64,000 nt of DNA from Octopus sinensis (taxonomy: Eukaryota), in NCBI RefSeq assembly GCF_006345805.1, contig NC_043014.1, positions 32,984,001-33,048,000 on the forward strand, written 5' to 3'. The notes under the pieces were generated by a model. That model ran no database searches. It was not told where the DNA came from and saw nothing but the letters and a program-made list of their open reading frames with translations. The position numbers and the translations under genes are program-made. Shown here one piece after another: positions 24,845 to 38,225 of the stretch (positions are counted from its first letter, which is position 1; each line of letters begins with the position of its first letter).

Positions 24845-25183
24845 GGTCTGTGGGATTACCCTGGGTTTCATGTCCATAAAGTGCTTAACTTTGCAGCATT
24901 TAAGTGCTTTATGGACGTGAAACCCTGGCTAACCCCATAGACCAGCCATATCTATCTATCTATATATATTAAAAATTCTATAATTATAAGCGTAATCATA
25001 ATTAGGGTTCAGCAAAAATTGCTTCAACCCTAATTATAATTATTCTTATAATTATAGAATTTTTGTATAAGGTTACCGATAATGGTTCTTTTAACATACC
25101 AAACTACTTGGTAAAATTATTAATTATCTTCTGAGATCCTAGAAGAGACACACAGACAGACAGAACAGATTTTATATAATAGA
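24845..25183 (-). mobile_element. Helitron-like 5' end at 25183 with two adjacent hairpins (24845-24945, 24971-25067)
   Basis: The minus strand reads A|TCTATTATATAAAATCTGTTCTGTCTGTCTGTGTG, a typical Helitron start. Both hairpins were read directly. Confidence 0.55.
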
Positions 25184-25729
25184 TATAGCCATTTTGTTTA
25201 TATGTATGTGTGTCTATACTCACGTAGACGCACATATTCAGGGCAAGTCATATAATATAGGTGGGTGTATCTATATAACATAACTAACATGGATTTATGG
25301 ATTCTTTAATATATACTTAAGATAAGTTTTAAAATGTAAAATAGCTGTGACTAAATTATCTATAAACAAACTTTATTCTGCTGTTTTCTTTCATGTTCAG
25401 TTGAGGTCAGTTCCAATTACATTGCAAAATACATAAATACATACATAAATGCACGCATGTGTACGGATGTATATAAAGGTTTCCTTTTGATATAAATATT
25501 ATGAAGGAACCTATATATATATAATTGGCCAACATGCTAGAAAAAGCAGTTAAATTTTCTTTGGATTGCATGTACCATCTTTAAAGAAAAAAGCATACAT
25601 TGGATGATGTAGTTCTGGATAGAGTGTGTCTTAAAGATTGGAAAGCTACAAGTAAAATGACTTTGATCATAAGTCTGCTCAGTCAGAACTAATCTGGTGC
25701 TCACAGCAACATTTCTGTGTTTATTGTGT

Positions 25730-25805
25730 ATGTGTGTATATATATACTCACACACACATGTATACATGTGTAAATATATAACCATATATCTATGAATAAA
25801 CATGC

Positions 25806-25838
<33 letters not shown>

Positions 25839-25968
25839 ATATATATACATATATGTATGCATATATATATATATATATATACATACAAACATACATACAT
25901 GTGTATACATATATGTATACACATTTATGTTTGTATATATGTGTGTATGTATGTGTATATATGTGTGT

Positions 25969-26009
<41 letters not shown>

Positions 26010-26045
26010 TGTGTGTGTGTGTGTATATATATATATACACACACA
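25730..26045. repeat. TA/TG compound microsatellite
   Basis: Direct reading of the sequence. Confidence 0.9.
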
Positions 26046-29000
26046 CATTGTCCAACCCATGCCAGCATGGAAAGTGGACGTTAAACGATGATGACACATA
26101 TATTGATCCATAGCCTCTTGAGACTGACTGATACCTACTACACACACACACACACACACGTACCTATGCACAGTATTGACTATATAAAACTTTTATATGT
26201 GTATTTGTAACCAAAATTATTACATAGCACAGATGAAACTTGTCCTCAGGTCCACCAGTAGCTTTTATTGACCAGACACAGTTAAGCAAGCATGAAAGAC
26301 AATGCTTCTCATCTACAACTCTTATAGATATAAGTATTTTTGTGTGAGTGTATAAATGCTGGAAAAGAGCACATGCTACATTATGTAGAGTATATAGTTG
26401 TAGGTAAACAGTTAATGTTTCAAATGCCCAAGACTCAGAGTTTCAGTGATGCTTAACCATGAGTCTAACCAATCAGATACCTATGGTTGCTAATTAGATG
26501 TGTGTTTACATGCACCTATGAAACTCTGAGTAATAACCATGTGAGTCATTAACTGTTTACCTACATGTGTGTATATACAAGTCCAATTCAACATGTAAAA
26601 TCATTAATTCGGACATGCTTTTTTCTCTCTCCATCATTGCTCATCATCATTTAACGTCCATTGTCCATGCCAGCATGGGTTGGACGCTTTGACCAGAGCA
26701 GGCATGTGGGAAGGCTGCACCAGACTCCAGTCTGATTTGGCATGGTTTCTACAGCTGGATGCCCTTCCTAATGCCAACCACTTCAAGAGTGTAATGGATG
26801 CTTTTACGTGCCACCGGCAAGAGTGTCAATTGGATAACACCAGTATCTACCATGACGACAATTTCACTTGGCTTTCTCCATATTTTCTTTCCTTGTTCCT
26901 TTCTGTACAAGTGCATAGGCTCGAAACACCAACAAATTCTTCCATTTTCCCTGAATGAAAAAAACTAATATACCCTGCTTGTTGGTTCCTCACCTGTCTC
27001 ATCTTTTGTACAAACTTGAACCATATATAATACACATGCATTAGTCGTCATCATCATCATCATCATTGTTTAACGTCCGCTTTCCATGCTAGCATGGGTT
27101 GGACGATTTGACTGAGGCCTGGCGAACCAGATGGCTGCACCAGGCACCAAGCTGATCTGGCGGAATTTCTACAGCTGGATGCTCTTCCTAATGCCATAAA
27201 TAATCATTTGTTGTTGTTGATGGGAGCACTCAATGCTGAGAGTTTCTTTTACTTGTTTCAGTCATTGGACTGCAGCCATACTGGGGAACTGCTTCAAAGC
27301 AGTTAGGTGAACAAATTGACCATAAGACTTTTTTTTCTTAAAGCATGGCACTTATTCTATCAGTGCCTTTTACCGAACTGCTAATTCACAGGAATGTAAA
27401 CAAACCAATGCCAAACTGTCAAGCAGTAGTAGAGGACAAAAGCAAATGCACGTACACACACAATGGGCTTCTTTCAGTTTCTTTCTACCAAATCCACTCA
27501 CTAGGTGCCACACATTGGGACTGAACCTGGAACCATGTGGTTGGGAAGCAAGCTTCTTACCACACAGTCACACATATGAAGTATATTGTAAAATTCATGT
27601 TACACATGACTTTCTGAGAGAGAAGCAGACAGACAACCTTTGTATCGCTGTCACCTAAACCAGATATAGTTAAGCAGGCATAGAAGTCATTGCTCTTCAC
27701 CTGTAACTGAGTTGTTACTGTCATCCAAGTGTTAAATGTTGGTTTTGGAGTATGCTTTAAGTCTACTGTAGGGGCTTTGTTTGAGTTATTTAGCTTGACC
27801 CAAATCTATGGTCTAAGGTGTCCTAGCCATGACCATCATCCTTAGTTTAACATACAAAGTATCCAAGACTATATTGGATGTATGTCTCTTTCTCTTCTTA
27901 AGACAATAAGATATGATTTTGAGGATACCTTGATGTTACATATTTCTGCATAGTTCCAAAACATGCGCAAGCTGACCAAGAATGTATAATTTTCCACTTT
28001 TTTGGATTTTATTCGGTATATGAACTTTGGATTTACAAATAGGACAGGTAGCAGAATGTAAATTTACACAATATATGAATTATAATGGCTTAGAAAGTAT
28101 TCACCAGGATTTTTAATCCCTTTTTTTCTTTTGTGTTTTATATATGTATACATATACAAATAAAAAGCATCTGGTCCACACTGAAGTGGTTGGCATTTGG
28201 AAGGACATCCAGCTGTAAAACCCATGCCAAAATTGACCTCGCCTGTGCTGGTGCCATGTAAAAAGCACTCAGTCCACTCTGCAGGGTGGTTTGTGTTAGG
28301 AAGGGCATCCAGCCATAAAGACTATACCGAAACAGACACAGAGGTCTGGTGCAGTCTTCTTCCTGGCTGGCTCTTGTCAAACCATCCAACCCATGCCAGC
28401 ATGGAAGGTGGCTGTTAATATGATAGATTGCTAGCCACTACACATTTTTTTCTCCCCTTCTTTCTTTCTGTGTTCCTTTCTGTGGAAGAGCATAGGCTCA
28501 AAACGCTAAAGACTTTTTCACTTCCCGAGCATTAAACTAATACATCTGTTTGTTTTCTACACCACCTGTCTTCGTCTTTTGTTGTTTTCGTGAATTCTCC
28601 CCCTACACATATACATACATACAAATATGTATACCCATACTGGTATCATGTAAAGAGAACTTGTGCTGGTCTCACATAAAAAGCATTTGTGGTGGTGCCT
28701 TATAAAAAGTACCCAGTACACTCTGTAAAGTGGTTGGCATTAAGAAGAACATCCAGCCATAGAAACCATGTCAAAACAGACATGTGTAGCTCCCTGGCTT
28801 GCCAGCTCCTGTCAGACTGTGCAACAGATTGCAAGTGATGATGATGAAGAGGAGGGGGATGATGATGATGACAATGACAATGATACATCAAGAAAAAACT
28901 CAGTGCATTTTAAATGGAGAATACGGATTTATTTAGATATCCAGTTGGCTGTTTCCCTGTGTTATCACAGTTGTATCATCAGAGGTCAAAAAAATATATA

Positions 29001-29501
29001 TATATATTTTATAACATCTGGTAATTCTCTGATAACATGGTGAAACCGTCAACCAGCTCTTAAGTCAGAATAATCTAAATTTACCCATGCTCAAATATGC
29101 ACACACATTTTTTTTTTCTTTCATACACAACAAAGAATTTTAGAATATATATTGATGTTAGTGTTAACATATTTGATGTATGAAGTATTAAATATCAATT
29201 AAAAATATACATGTGATAAGAGAAAAGGACTTTGTTATTCATTGACAAGTATTATTTTCATTTCTCCTGCAAGAGCAGGAGATAACTCTTGACACATTTT
29301 GGTCTTATTCTGACCACATCAGCAAAGCATGGATAAATGAATACATAACTCATTTAACATAAGAGGAAGGCATGAGGAAGGGAATAGATAGGATCATTTA
29401 TTGAAATCTACCAAAACTCTACTAAGTTTGTTGACAATATGAATGGATATATGAAGGATACTGCTTATGTTTTACACTAGGTTTTTTTTCTTCTTCCTCA
29501 G

Positions 29502-29624
29502 ATTGTGATTATTTAACATGTGGGCGTTGCCTGCGAGAATTCCCACTGCAGAATATTACCAACTTCATTCATCATAAGAAGAATGACTGTGATGCTGACA
29601 CGGGGGATAAATCAAAGAATTCAG
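29502..29624 (+). CDS. Exon encoding a BCL11-type CCHC zinc finger (ZF0)
   Basis: Acceptor ttttttttcttcttcctcag, donor gtaatt, 123 nt, phase 1-1. Translation (D)CDYLTCGRCLREFPLQNITNFIHHKKNDCDADTGDKSKNS matches the D-x-LTCG-x-C-x3-FPL-x2-I-x2-FI-x-HK-x3-C motif of BCL11A/B and ZNF296. It is not in the supplied ORF track in this frame. Confidence 0.88.
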
Positions 29625-30185
29625 GTAATTATGGTTTTGTTTCTTTTTTTGTTGGTTTTTATTTTGTGTTTGTGCTTAATTACTGAATGCAAGTGTGGTT
29701 GTGTGGTAAGAAGTTTGCTTTCCAACCACATAGTTCTGGGTTCAGTTCTACTGTGTAGCACCTTATATACATATCTTTATGCATCTTATCTAGGCTAACT
29801 TTCTTCTAATTGATTGAGCTATGACCATTTCTGTAACATTTCATTATCTGCTTCAGCTGAGAGGTTCTTGTCTTGCAGGCTCGTGGGTCTGGTGACATAT
29901 AGGAGCACTTGTGCCAGTGCTACATACAAGCACCCACACCAGTGCCACTCAGGTGCACAAGTGAAATATAGGAGCACCCCCACCAATTCCACAAAAAAAG
30001 CACCCATGTTGGTGCTATGTTAAAAGCACCTAGTACACTATGTAAAATGGTTAGCATTAGAAAGGGCATCCAACCATAGAAACTATACCAAAGCAAACAA
30101 ATATGGCCCAGGCAGCTCTTCAGCTGGCCAGCTCCTGTCAAACTCTGGCATGGAGAAGAGACTTTAAATGATGATGATGTATATA

Positions 30186-30690
30186 CCATAAATCCTCGAG
30201 TATAATCCCCATTTTTTCCCCAAAATTTAAAGGTCAAAATCCCTAGTGCATACTATATACGAGGTTAAAAATGAAAAATATTTTCTAAGCAATGTCCAAG
30301 TCTCTATTTGCTGTCTGGCAATGTTCATTCAGAAGCATTTTGTGATGTCGGGCATGAAAATACCTTAAGCTAAGCCTGAAAGCAATGAAGTCATAAAAGA
30401 ATCATCCATAACTTGCAGTAAGCAACATTTATTAAAATAAAAGTATTCAGAACACAGAATAACATGTAACAAAAACAATTTGCAAACATATTTACATTCC
30501 CATATAACAGTTAAGAACATCACCATTATTGTATTACGCATGCACGGAAGTGTTTGTTCGACTAGGTGCTGCTGGCTTAATCACTCACGACTCAAGTTAG
30601 AGAAGGGGTTTGTATTATACACATGGTTTAGGTTTTTTAGAGATACAGCCCTCTAAAAATCCCCTGCGTATTATACTCGAGGATTTACGG
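30186..30690. mobile_element. Tc1/mariner-pogo-type MITE with TA target duplication
   Basis: ta|ccataaatcctcgagtataat ... attatactcgaggatttacgg|ta. Confidence 0.85.
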
Positions 30691-31128
30691 TATGTATGTA
30701 TATGCTTATGTGAATGGGTTTATGTCTCCTTTTCTTAACATTGTGTAATAGTTATGAATGAGTATCACTGTCATACAAGCAATGTAATTCAGTACCAATA
30801 TTCTGCGAGAACATGTCTGGCCGTGAGGAGATATATCCTTGCTTGGAATCAGGTGAGGGTTGATAACAGGAAGAGCATGTATCTGGCTGTAGAAAATCTG
30901 CCTTGAATAAACTCTATCCAACCCCATACAAGCATGGAAAAGTGGACGTAAAATAATGAAGATAATGCCGAAATGCCGCATAAGATTAAAGTACTGACCT
31001 ACTGATCACATGACTATCATTTCAAATCTTGCTATAATCACTGGGTTGTACTGCTGATTAAATCACATGGCATTACCTGCTGTCAGTTAGCTAAAGTTTG
31101 CTTCTTGTTGCCACATAAGTGTTATTTT

Positions 31129-31985
31129 AACCCTTTAGCATTCAAATTGTTCTGTCAAATGTAGTGCTTATTTATTTATACTGTTTAGAAAATAATCATA
31201 CATTATGAAAGAAATGAAGCTAATTTGCTCTGCTGGACGTGCAATGCCAGAGTGCTCATAATGACAGGGTGTGAGTGTCTTAAGAGAAAAATTGAGCATG
31301 AGTGGCATTAGATGTAATGTGCAAAGAGGGACGACTGGGCTGGTTTGACTATGTGATGTGTATGGACGAGGACAGCTGTGTCAAGAAGTGCTGATGTCTA
31401 ACTGTAGCTGGAACCTGTGAAAGAGGTAGACCGAGGAAGACTTAGAATGAAGTGGTGAACTATGATCTTTGGATGTTGAGTCTCATGGTGATGACAAGAG
31501 ACTGAGACTATTTGCTGTGCTTGAGAAGACATGTCAGGCTTCGTGAAATCATTGTGCTGGTGACACATAAGAGGCACCCATGCCAGTGACACATACATGA
31601 CACTTGTGTTAGTGACACATTAAAAGACACCTGTGTGGGTGACATATTAAAGGCATCCATGCCAGTGATGTGTAAAAGGCACCCAGTACATTCTGTGGAG
31701 TGGTTGGCATTAGGAAGGGCATCCAGCCATAAAAACCGAACCAAAACAGGTTGGAACCGGGTGGAGTTCTTTGGTTTACTAGTTCCAGTTAAATTGTCTA
31801 ACTCATGCCAGCAGAGAGAACAGACAGTAAATGATGATGATGATTATCTCATAGCTTGGATATTTTGATGTGATTGTATATTTTTAGATGACATTGTAGG
31901 GTAGGTGTGAGAGGCTAGATCTGGCTGGTTTGAGCATAAAACATGTAGAATATTTGGGCCAGATGTGGCCGGTTTAAATGCTCTA
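31129..31985. mobile_element. piggyBac-like MITE (TTAA|CCCTTTAGCATT end) interrupted by an RTE 3' fragment. Related pieces 36130-36325, 61350-61552, 61689-61900, 61985-62035
   Basis: ttaaccctttagcatt at 31127, 61689 and 61985; actaaagggttaa at about 61552; shared internal sequence (ggccagatgtggccggtttaaatgct and its reverse complement). Confidence 0.7.
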
Positions 31986-32999
31986 TCTATCTATCTAGGT
32001 CATCCCTGAGGATGCTACTACAGGTTTCAGTTGCGCATACTATAGGAGTCACAGGATGCTGCTCCATGTTTCCTGCAGTAGGAATATTAGGGTCTCATCC
32101 ATTGTCTTGTATTCAAGATCCTCTGCATGACATCCTGTTAGTTCAATACCACGAATCTGATCTGTTAGGTCCTGTCGATAACTAAATCCACACCCTGCTG
32201 CAGACTCTTTGATTTATTGTCATTAAGGTTTACTCCTCTCATGGTTAATGCTAAATGGTTAAATAATTCATTAAAATTTTTGTTACCATTTCTATAACTT
32301 TGATGGCCCTGGCTTGACTTATTTTGATGTCTATATGAATACATTATTGTAATGATGCTCTTTTCACTGCTCTGGAAAGTACAGAGAAGGCTGTACTTCA
32401 CTGAGAAGCTTGTAATGGGGGTGTGAAGAAGAGTAACAGATGGATAAGGATGGAGATAGAGGGAAATGCAGTGAGTGGTGAATACAGTGGGGGTGCAGTC
32501 AGTCATAAATATCATTTGGAGGGAAAGGTGAAGAGAGTAGGTGCAGATCAGGGGTTAACTAGCAGCAAAGATGATGTGAAGTGTACAGTGCCAAGGACAA
32601 AGTCAGAGATACATGAGGATGGAAATAGTGGGAGAAGAACCAAAGAGATGGAGGGAGGTTTGCCATTGGCAAAATGAGAGGCTATACAGAGGTAAGTGGA
32701 GGATGAAGGAGTCATTCAATGAAAAATAAGTGGTAAGAGTTGATACAAGAAAGCATGAGACAAGGAAAGTGGTTCCAGGGAATGTGGGCTGTAAAGGAGT
32801 GATATATTTGTTGTCCCACTCTCATGGTTCTTGAAGCTGAGTGAATAGTTGTAGTCAGAGGAGTGATGAGACAATGGGGAGAGTGTTAGGGATAAGAGTA
32901 GTGGGATGAGTGGGTGTTAGGATGATGAGTTGGAAGTGAAGGAGGCTCATCAGGGACAGATTTGGCTCAAAGGCATAGACATGGACAATGCGGCGAACT

Positions 33000-33580
33000 G
33001 ACAGAAACATTAACACGCTAGGCAAAATGCTTGGCGGTATTTCGTCTGTCTTAATGATCTGAGTTCAATTTCCTCCAAGGTCAACTTTGCCTTTCATCCT
33101 TTCGGGGTCAATTAAATAAGTACCAGTTACGCACTGGGGTCAATATAATCAACTTAATCCGTTTGTCTGTTTTTGTTTGTCCCTTCTGTGTTTAGCCCCT
33201 TGTGGGTAGTAAAGAAATAGGTATTTCATCTGCCGCTACGCTCTGAGTTCAAATTCCACAGAGGTCAACTTTGCCTTTCATCCTTTCGGGGTCGATTAAA
33301 TAAGTACCAGTTATGCACTGGGGTCAGTATAATCGACTTAATCCGTTTGTCTTTCCATGTTTGTCCTCTCTCTGTTTAGCCCCTTGTGGGTAGTAAAGAA
33401 ATAGGTATTTCGTCTGTCTTCATTATCTGAGTTCAAATTCTGCCAAGGTCGACTTTGCCTTTAACCCTTTCTGGATAGATAAATCAAGTACCAGTTGCAT
33501 ACTGGGATAAAACTAATCAACTGGCCCCCTCCCTAAAAATTTCAGGCCTTGTGCCTAGAGTAGAAACGAATATGCTTTAT
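33000..33580 (+). mobile_element. Head-to-tail trimer of SINE family A
   Basis: Three successive cores (about 33070, 33260, 33445) joined by gtagtaaagaaataggtatttc. Confidence 0.85.
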
Positions 33581-33722
33581 GAGCCACATTTTTATTTATA
33601 TGGATTGGTCTTCTCAAGCACAACAAATCTCTGATTATCCTCGTCCTTTGTCATCTCCTTCATGAGACTCAACCTTCAGAGGTCATTCTTCACAACTTCA
33701 TTTTACCTGCATGTATGTACGT

Positions 33723-33864
33723 ACAGTCATGGCCAAAAGTTTGGAACATAGGTCTGAAAATTAGAATTTTTATATTAAATGCCCACAGTTGTATTTGAAT
33801 CAAATTGTACTTGGGCGTAACAATTTTAATTTTTTTTAAAATATTCCATGCTTTTAGCCACAAC
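33723..33864. mobile_element. Tc1-like miniature element
   Basis: ta|cagtcatggccaaaagtttggaac is a Tc1-type terminus; the right end (ttccatgcttttagccacaac) is degenerate. Confidence 0.55.
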
Positions 33865-34611
33865 TTTATGTGTGTGTGGTGTGTGTGATTTTTAAAAGCA
33901 ATTCTGATGAGACAGTCTTTGGACCACTACCACTATTGTTCAAAAGACTAAGGATATACCAAACCATATCATTAATTTGTTTTACGTCTATTTTTCCATG
34001 CTAGCATAGGTTGGACGAATACATTATTGAAGCATTGCTTTACTGTCAGATGCTCTCCCTGTCACTAACCCTCAACTGTTTTACAAGCAAGGGATTTTTT
34101 TTTTATCTCACCTGTACTTAAAAGTGTAAAGTTTGAGGATAATTTTGTTGACAAAGTATGTCAACAAACAACAGTTTTTAGTCCAATGCTTTTGTATGAA
34201 GCATAGAATGTAAACATTCAACCATGCTCATATACACATATGTGCATACACACACACACAGGTATGGCTGTATGATAGCAAGTTTGCTTCTCAACCATAT
34301 TGGTCCTGGGTTCAGTTCCAATGTGTGGCACCTTTGGAAAGTGTCTTCTACTTTGGTCTGCCCCAGGTTGACCAAAGCCTTGTGAGTTGATTTGGTAGAT
34401 GAAAACTGAATAAGTGTGTGTGTTTTCCTTAGTCCCCTCCACCACCACTTAACAACCAATTTTAGTTTGTTTACATCCCCATAACCTAGTTGTTCAACAA
34501 AAAAGATGGATAAAATAAGTGCCCGGCTTAAAAAAGCAAATATTAAAACCCTTCAAAACAGGTCCCCAGTATGGTTGCATTTTAATGTTTGAAACAAGTA
34601 AAAGATAATAT

Positions 34612-34644
<33 letters not shown>

Positions 34645-34663
34645 TAGAGAGAGAGAGAGAGAG

Positions 34664-34860
34664 AGAGAAGAAAATGGATATAACAACATTGGGAAGCTCG
34701 TTTTCGCTGGTATGCCTTTAATTAATTAGATAACAAAGAAGGAAGAAGCAGAGGTGAAGGTAGCACTAGTCTGCTTCTTCCTTCTTTGTTATCTAATTAA
34801 TTAAAGACATACAAGCGAAAACCACAAGCTTCCTAATGTTATTATATCCATTTTCTTCTC
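34664..34860. repeat. Long inverted repeat (about 90-bp arms, 17-nt loop)
   Basis: Perfect 37-bp inner stem 34716-34752 / 34770-34806, with imperfect outer arms. Confidence 0.92.
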
Positions 34861-34995
34861 CTATATAAGCTAAACTTCGGTATACCAACCAAACCACCTG
34901 CTACCGTGCAACCTTACAAAAGACTGTACCTATCCAGGTGTGACTCTGGATTTAATTATCTCTTAGAGGTATTAAACCCCTCTAATTGATTCCTA

Positions 34996-35035
<40 letters not shown>

Positions 35036-35246
35036 ACAACAGATGGATTGTGATACACTACAGCTGTTTCAGACATATTTTTTATTGATGAACAGAAGTG
35101 TTACATCATGCAAAAAAAAAAACCTTTCATCTGATGAATACAGGTAAGAATTAACAATTAGAACTCCTCAAGAACTTAATGTCAGATGACTCAACCAACC
35201 TAAATTCGGTCAGAAGTGTGTGTTTGTGTGTCTATCTACCTATGTA

Positions 35247-35306
<60 letters not shown>

Positions 35307-36854
35307 TATGTAGGTAGATTAATAATTAAATTAATTATATGCAGTAGCTATTGTGCAGTCTGTTGTCATGAAATAATCAAATATTTTTGCATAGGCGCAG
35401 GAGTGGCTGTGTGGTAAGTAGCTTGCTTACCAACCACAAAGTTCCAAGTTCAGTCCCACTATGTGGCACCTTGGGCAAGTGTCTTCTACTATAGCCTTGG
35501 GTCAACCAAAGCCTTGTGAATGGATTTGGTAGACGGAAACTGAAAGAAGCCTGTCATATATGTGTGTGTTTGTATATGTTTGTGTGTCTGTGTTTGTCCC
35601 CCAACATTGCTTGACAACCGATGCTGGGGTGTTTATGTCCCCCGTAACTTAGCAGTTTGGCAAAAGAGACTGATAGAATAAGTTCTAGGCTTACAAAGAA
35701 TAAGTCCTGGGGTTGATTTGCTCGACTAAAGGTGGTGCTCTGCAGTCAAATGACTGAAACAAGTAAAAGAGCAAGCACAGTATTTTTTAGACTGGCATTT
35801 TCTTGTTAAATCTTTATTTTATGTTATTGGTCTTTATTGCATGCCTGCAATTTTGAAGCTTATGCACCAACCTTGGTTTCAAAGAAGCTTAACTAGATGT
35901 TAACATAAAATAAATCTTGCGTGTGTGTGTGTGTAGATGATACATAGACAGGTAGTTGTAGTCTGCAGAATTAATACAATGGAAATGAACACCAGACACC
36001 ATCAAATAGCTAAGGTATATTCACATATATGTGGTGTAATATCAACAGAATTAGTTCATAATGAATATCTGGTTTTTCCGTTTTCATTGGTTATTATGAG
36101 AGGTAACTCCAATAATGATTTGCTTTTTTTTAATGCTTTATCATTCAAATTACTCTGTGAAATGTAATGCTGATTTATTCACATTGTTTTTATCTTCAGC
36201 ATTTCAATGATGTGGTTGTTTATTTTTTAGAATGACATTGTAGGGTAGGTGTGAGAGGTCAGATCTAGTTAGGTTTAGCATAAAAGAAGGCTAGATATAG
36301 CTCTAGTTTAAATGCTAAAGAGTCAAACTCTTTAACAAAGTGTAGTCTCTCTATAACTTGACAAAATATTAGCAAGTAAATGGATAAGTAAATGTACCAA
36401 ACTGTAGATCTATTAGCAAGAAAGGAGTGACTGTGTGGTAAGTAGCTTGTTTACCGGGTTCAGACCCACTACATGGCACCTTGGGCAAGTGTCTTCTACT
36501 ATAGCCTTGGGCCAACCAAAGCCTTGTGAGTGGATTTTGTAGACGGAAACTGAAAGAAGCCCGTCGTATATATGTGTATGTATATATATATATATATATA
36601 TATATGCGTGTGTGTGTCTGTGTTTGTCCCCCTAGCATTGCTTGACAACCGATGCTGGTGTGTTTATGTTTCCGTTACTTAGCGGTTCGGCAAAATAGAC
36701 CGATGGAATAAGTACTGGGCTTACAAAAGAATAAGTCCCAGGGTCGAGTTGCTCGATTAAAGGCAGTGCTCCAGCATGGCCACAGTCAAATGACTGAAAC
36801 AAGTAAAAAAGAGAGTAAAGAGATATTAACTATGTTTCCTTTTATTCATTACAG

Positions 36855-38225
36855 ATGCACTTGGTCGCCAGTTATACTGTTCCTCATGCACCAAGGCTTT
36901 CTTGTCTGCATGGGAGATGCTACAACATGCACAGTTCACCCACAAATTCAAAATATTTTTCGATGTCAACCAGCAAGTCTGTGAGAGCCGCACTGGTGTT
37001 ACTACCCTCAGTGTGACCAGCAAGAATATCTCTCTCGAAAAGGAGAACAAAGAAGTCGAAGAGACTGTTCTACCAGAAGTTATCTCACTCAAACAAGAAG
37101 TAACTGATGAAGAGCTATCAGAAAACACATCTTTAAGTCTGTTTCCGAGCAAAGGCAGCAGCAGCAGCAACAACAACAACAACAGCAACAACAGTAGCAA
37201 CAACAACACCAACAAAAAACAAGGAGACTGTTCTGTCAGCTCACAAGAAATGCAATGTTGCAGTTCAGTACTTCCCAAAAAGCGAAAACAACACATTGAG
37301 ACATCACATCACATAGCAGAAGGGGCCTTCAAAGAGAGGAGTATTCACAGAAATGATAGCAGTTTGAGAATTGGTCGTAAAAGAATGTTCAGCGGTGCCC
37401 AATATTACTTGAGTCGCAGTCAACTTGGCTATGGGAAATATTCTCATAGCAGAGGTTTTGGTGGTGTCAACCGAATTCAAACTGTTTCAAAGAACCGGAA
37501 GTACCCAAGTGAGATTTATATAGATGTTGAACATGAGAACGAGAACCAGGATTTGATCGATTCCCATGATTCAAATCACAGCGAAAGTGGTACCTCGTGC
37601 CACAAAGACCCTTTTGTAGAAACATCTACCAGCAAAAGCTGTCGGACCAGAGAAATCAACGCTGATAACCTTGTTAGTAGTAGCAGATCATTTATTCTTC
37701 AGCCAGGCACCGTGTTTTCTATTCCTTTCTCTTACCCTGTCCATAGTGAACCATCTTCAGGTTCCAATACTTCATGCCCAACCATTTACACAACAGGCTT
37801 GAGTGACAGTAATAGCCAAAAACAGAGCAACTCATCAACAGATGGTAGCACTGTTTCAGCAACATCCAAAGTGTCCAGTTGCAACAACATTCCAACAATA
37901 AAACCATCCTCTTCTCTCAGCAAGAACAAGTCAACCACATTGTCTTCTCTTCTCATCAAATCACCAACTTCTGACAAACAAGCACAACAATCAGAGATTC
38001 TGATTGGTCAGCGATCTCTCTCTCGTAACCGTCCACTGACAACACGTTCTTGTTCACCCAAATCAGACAACAGCAATCTTCAACAGGCTAAGGAAAACCA
38101 ACTTAGTCTTGATCAACGTGCCCGCAAACGCAAATACCCCACGTCACGGCCTTTCAAATGTGATCAATGTGACCATGCCTTTAATCAAAGAATTCATCTG
38201 AAAAAACATCTCAGTAAGCACACAG
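36855..38225 (+). CDS. Large exon: BCL11-type atypical C2H2 finger, Ser/Asn-rich linker, first C-terminal C2H2 finger
   Basis: Acceptor tttattcattacag, donor gtaagt, 1371 nt (457 codons), phase 1-1. It begins (D)ALGRQLYCSSCTKAFLSAWEMLQHAQFTHKFKIFF (compare BCL11A [29 protein letters not shown]) and ends RPFKCDQCDHAFNQRIHLKKHLSKHT-G. It overlaps track ORF 36902..38341. Confidence 0.93.
37154..37213 (+). repeat. Coding (AGC)n/(AAC)n repeat encoding a poly-Ser/Asn tract
   Basis: ggcagcagcagcagcaacaacaacaacaacagcaacaacagtagcaacaacaacacc, within the large exon. Confidence 0.9.
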
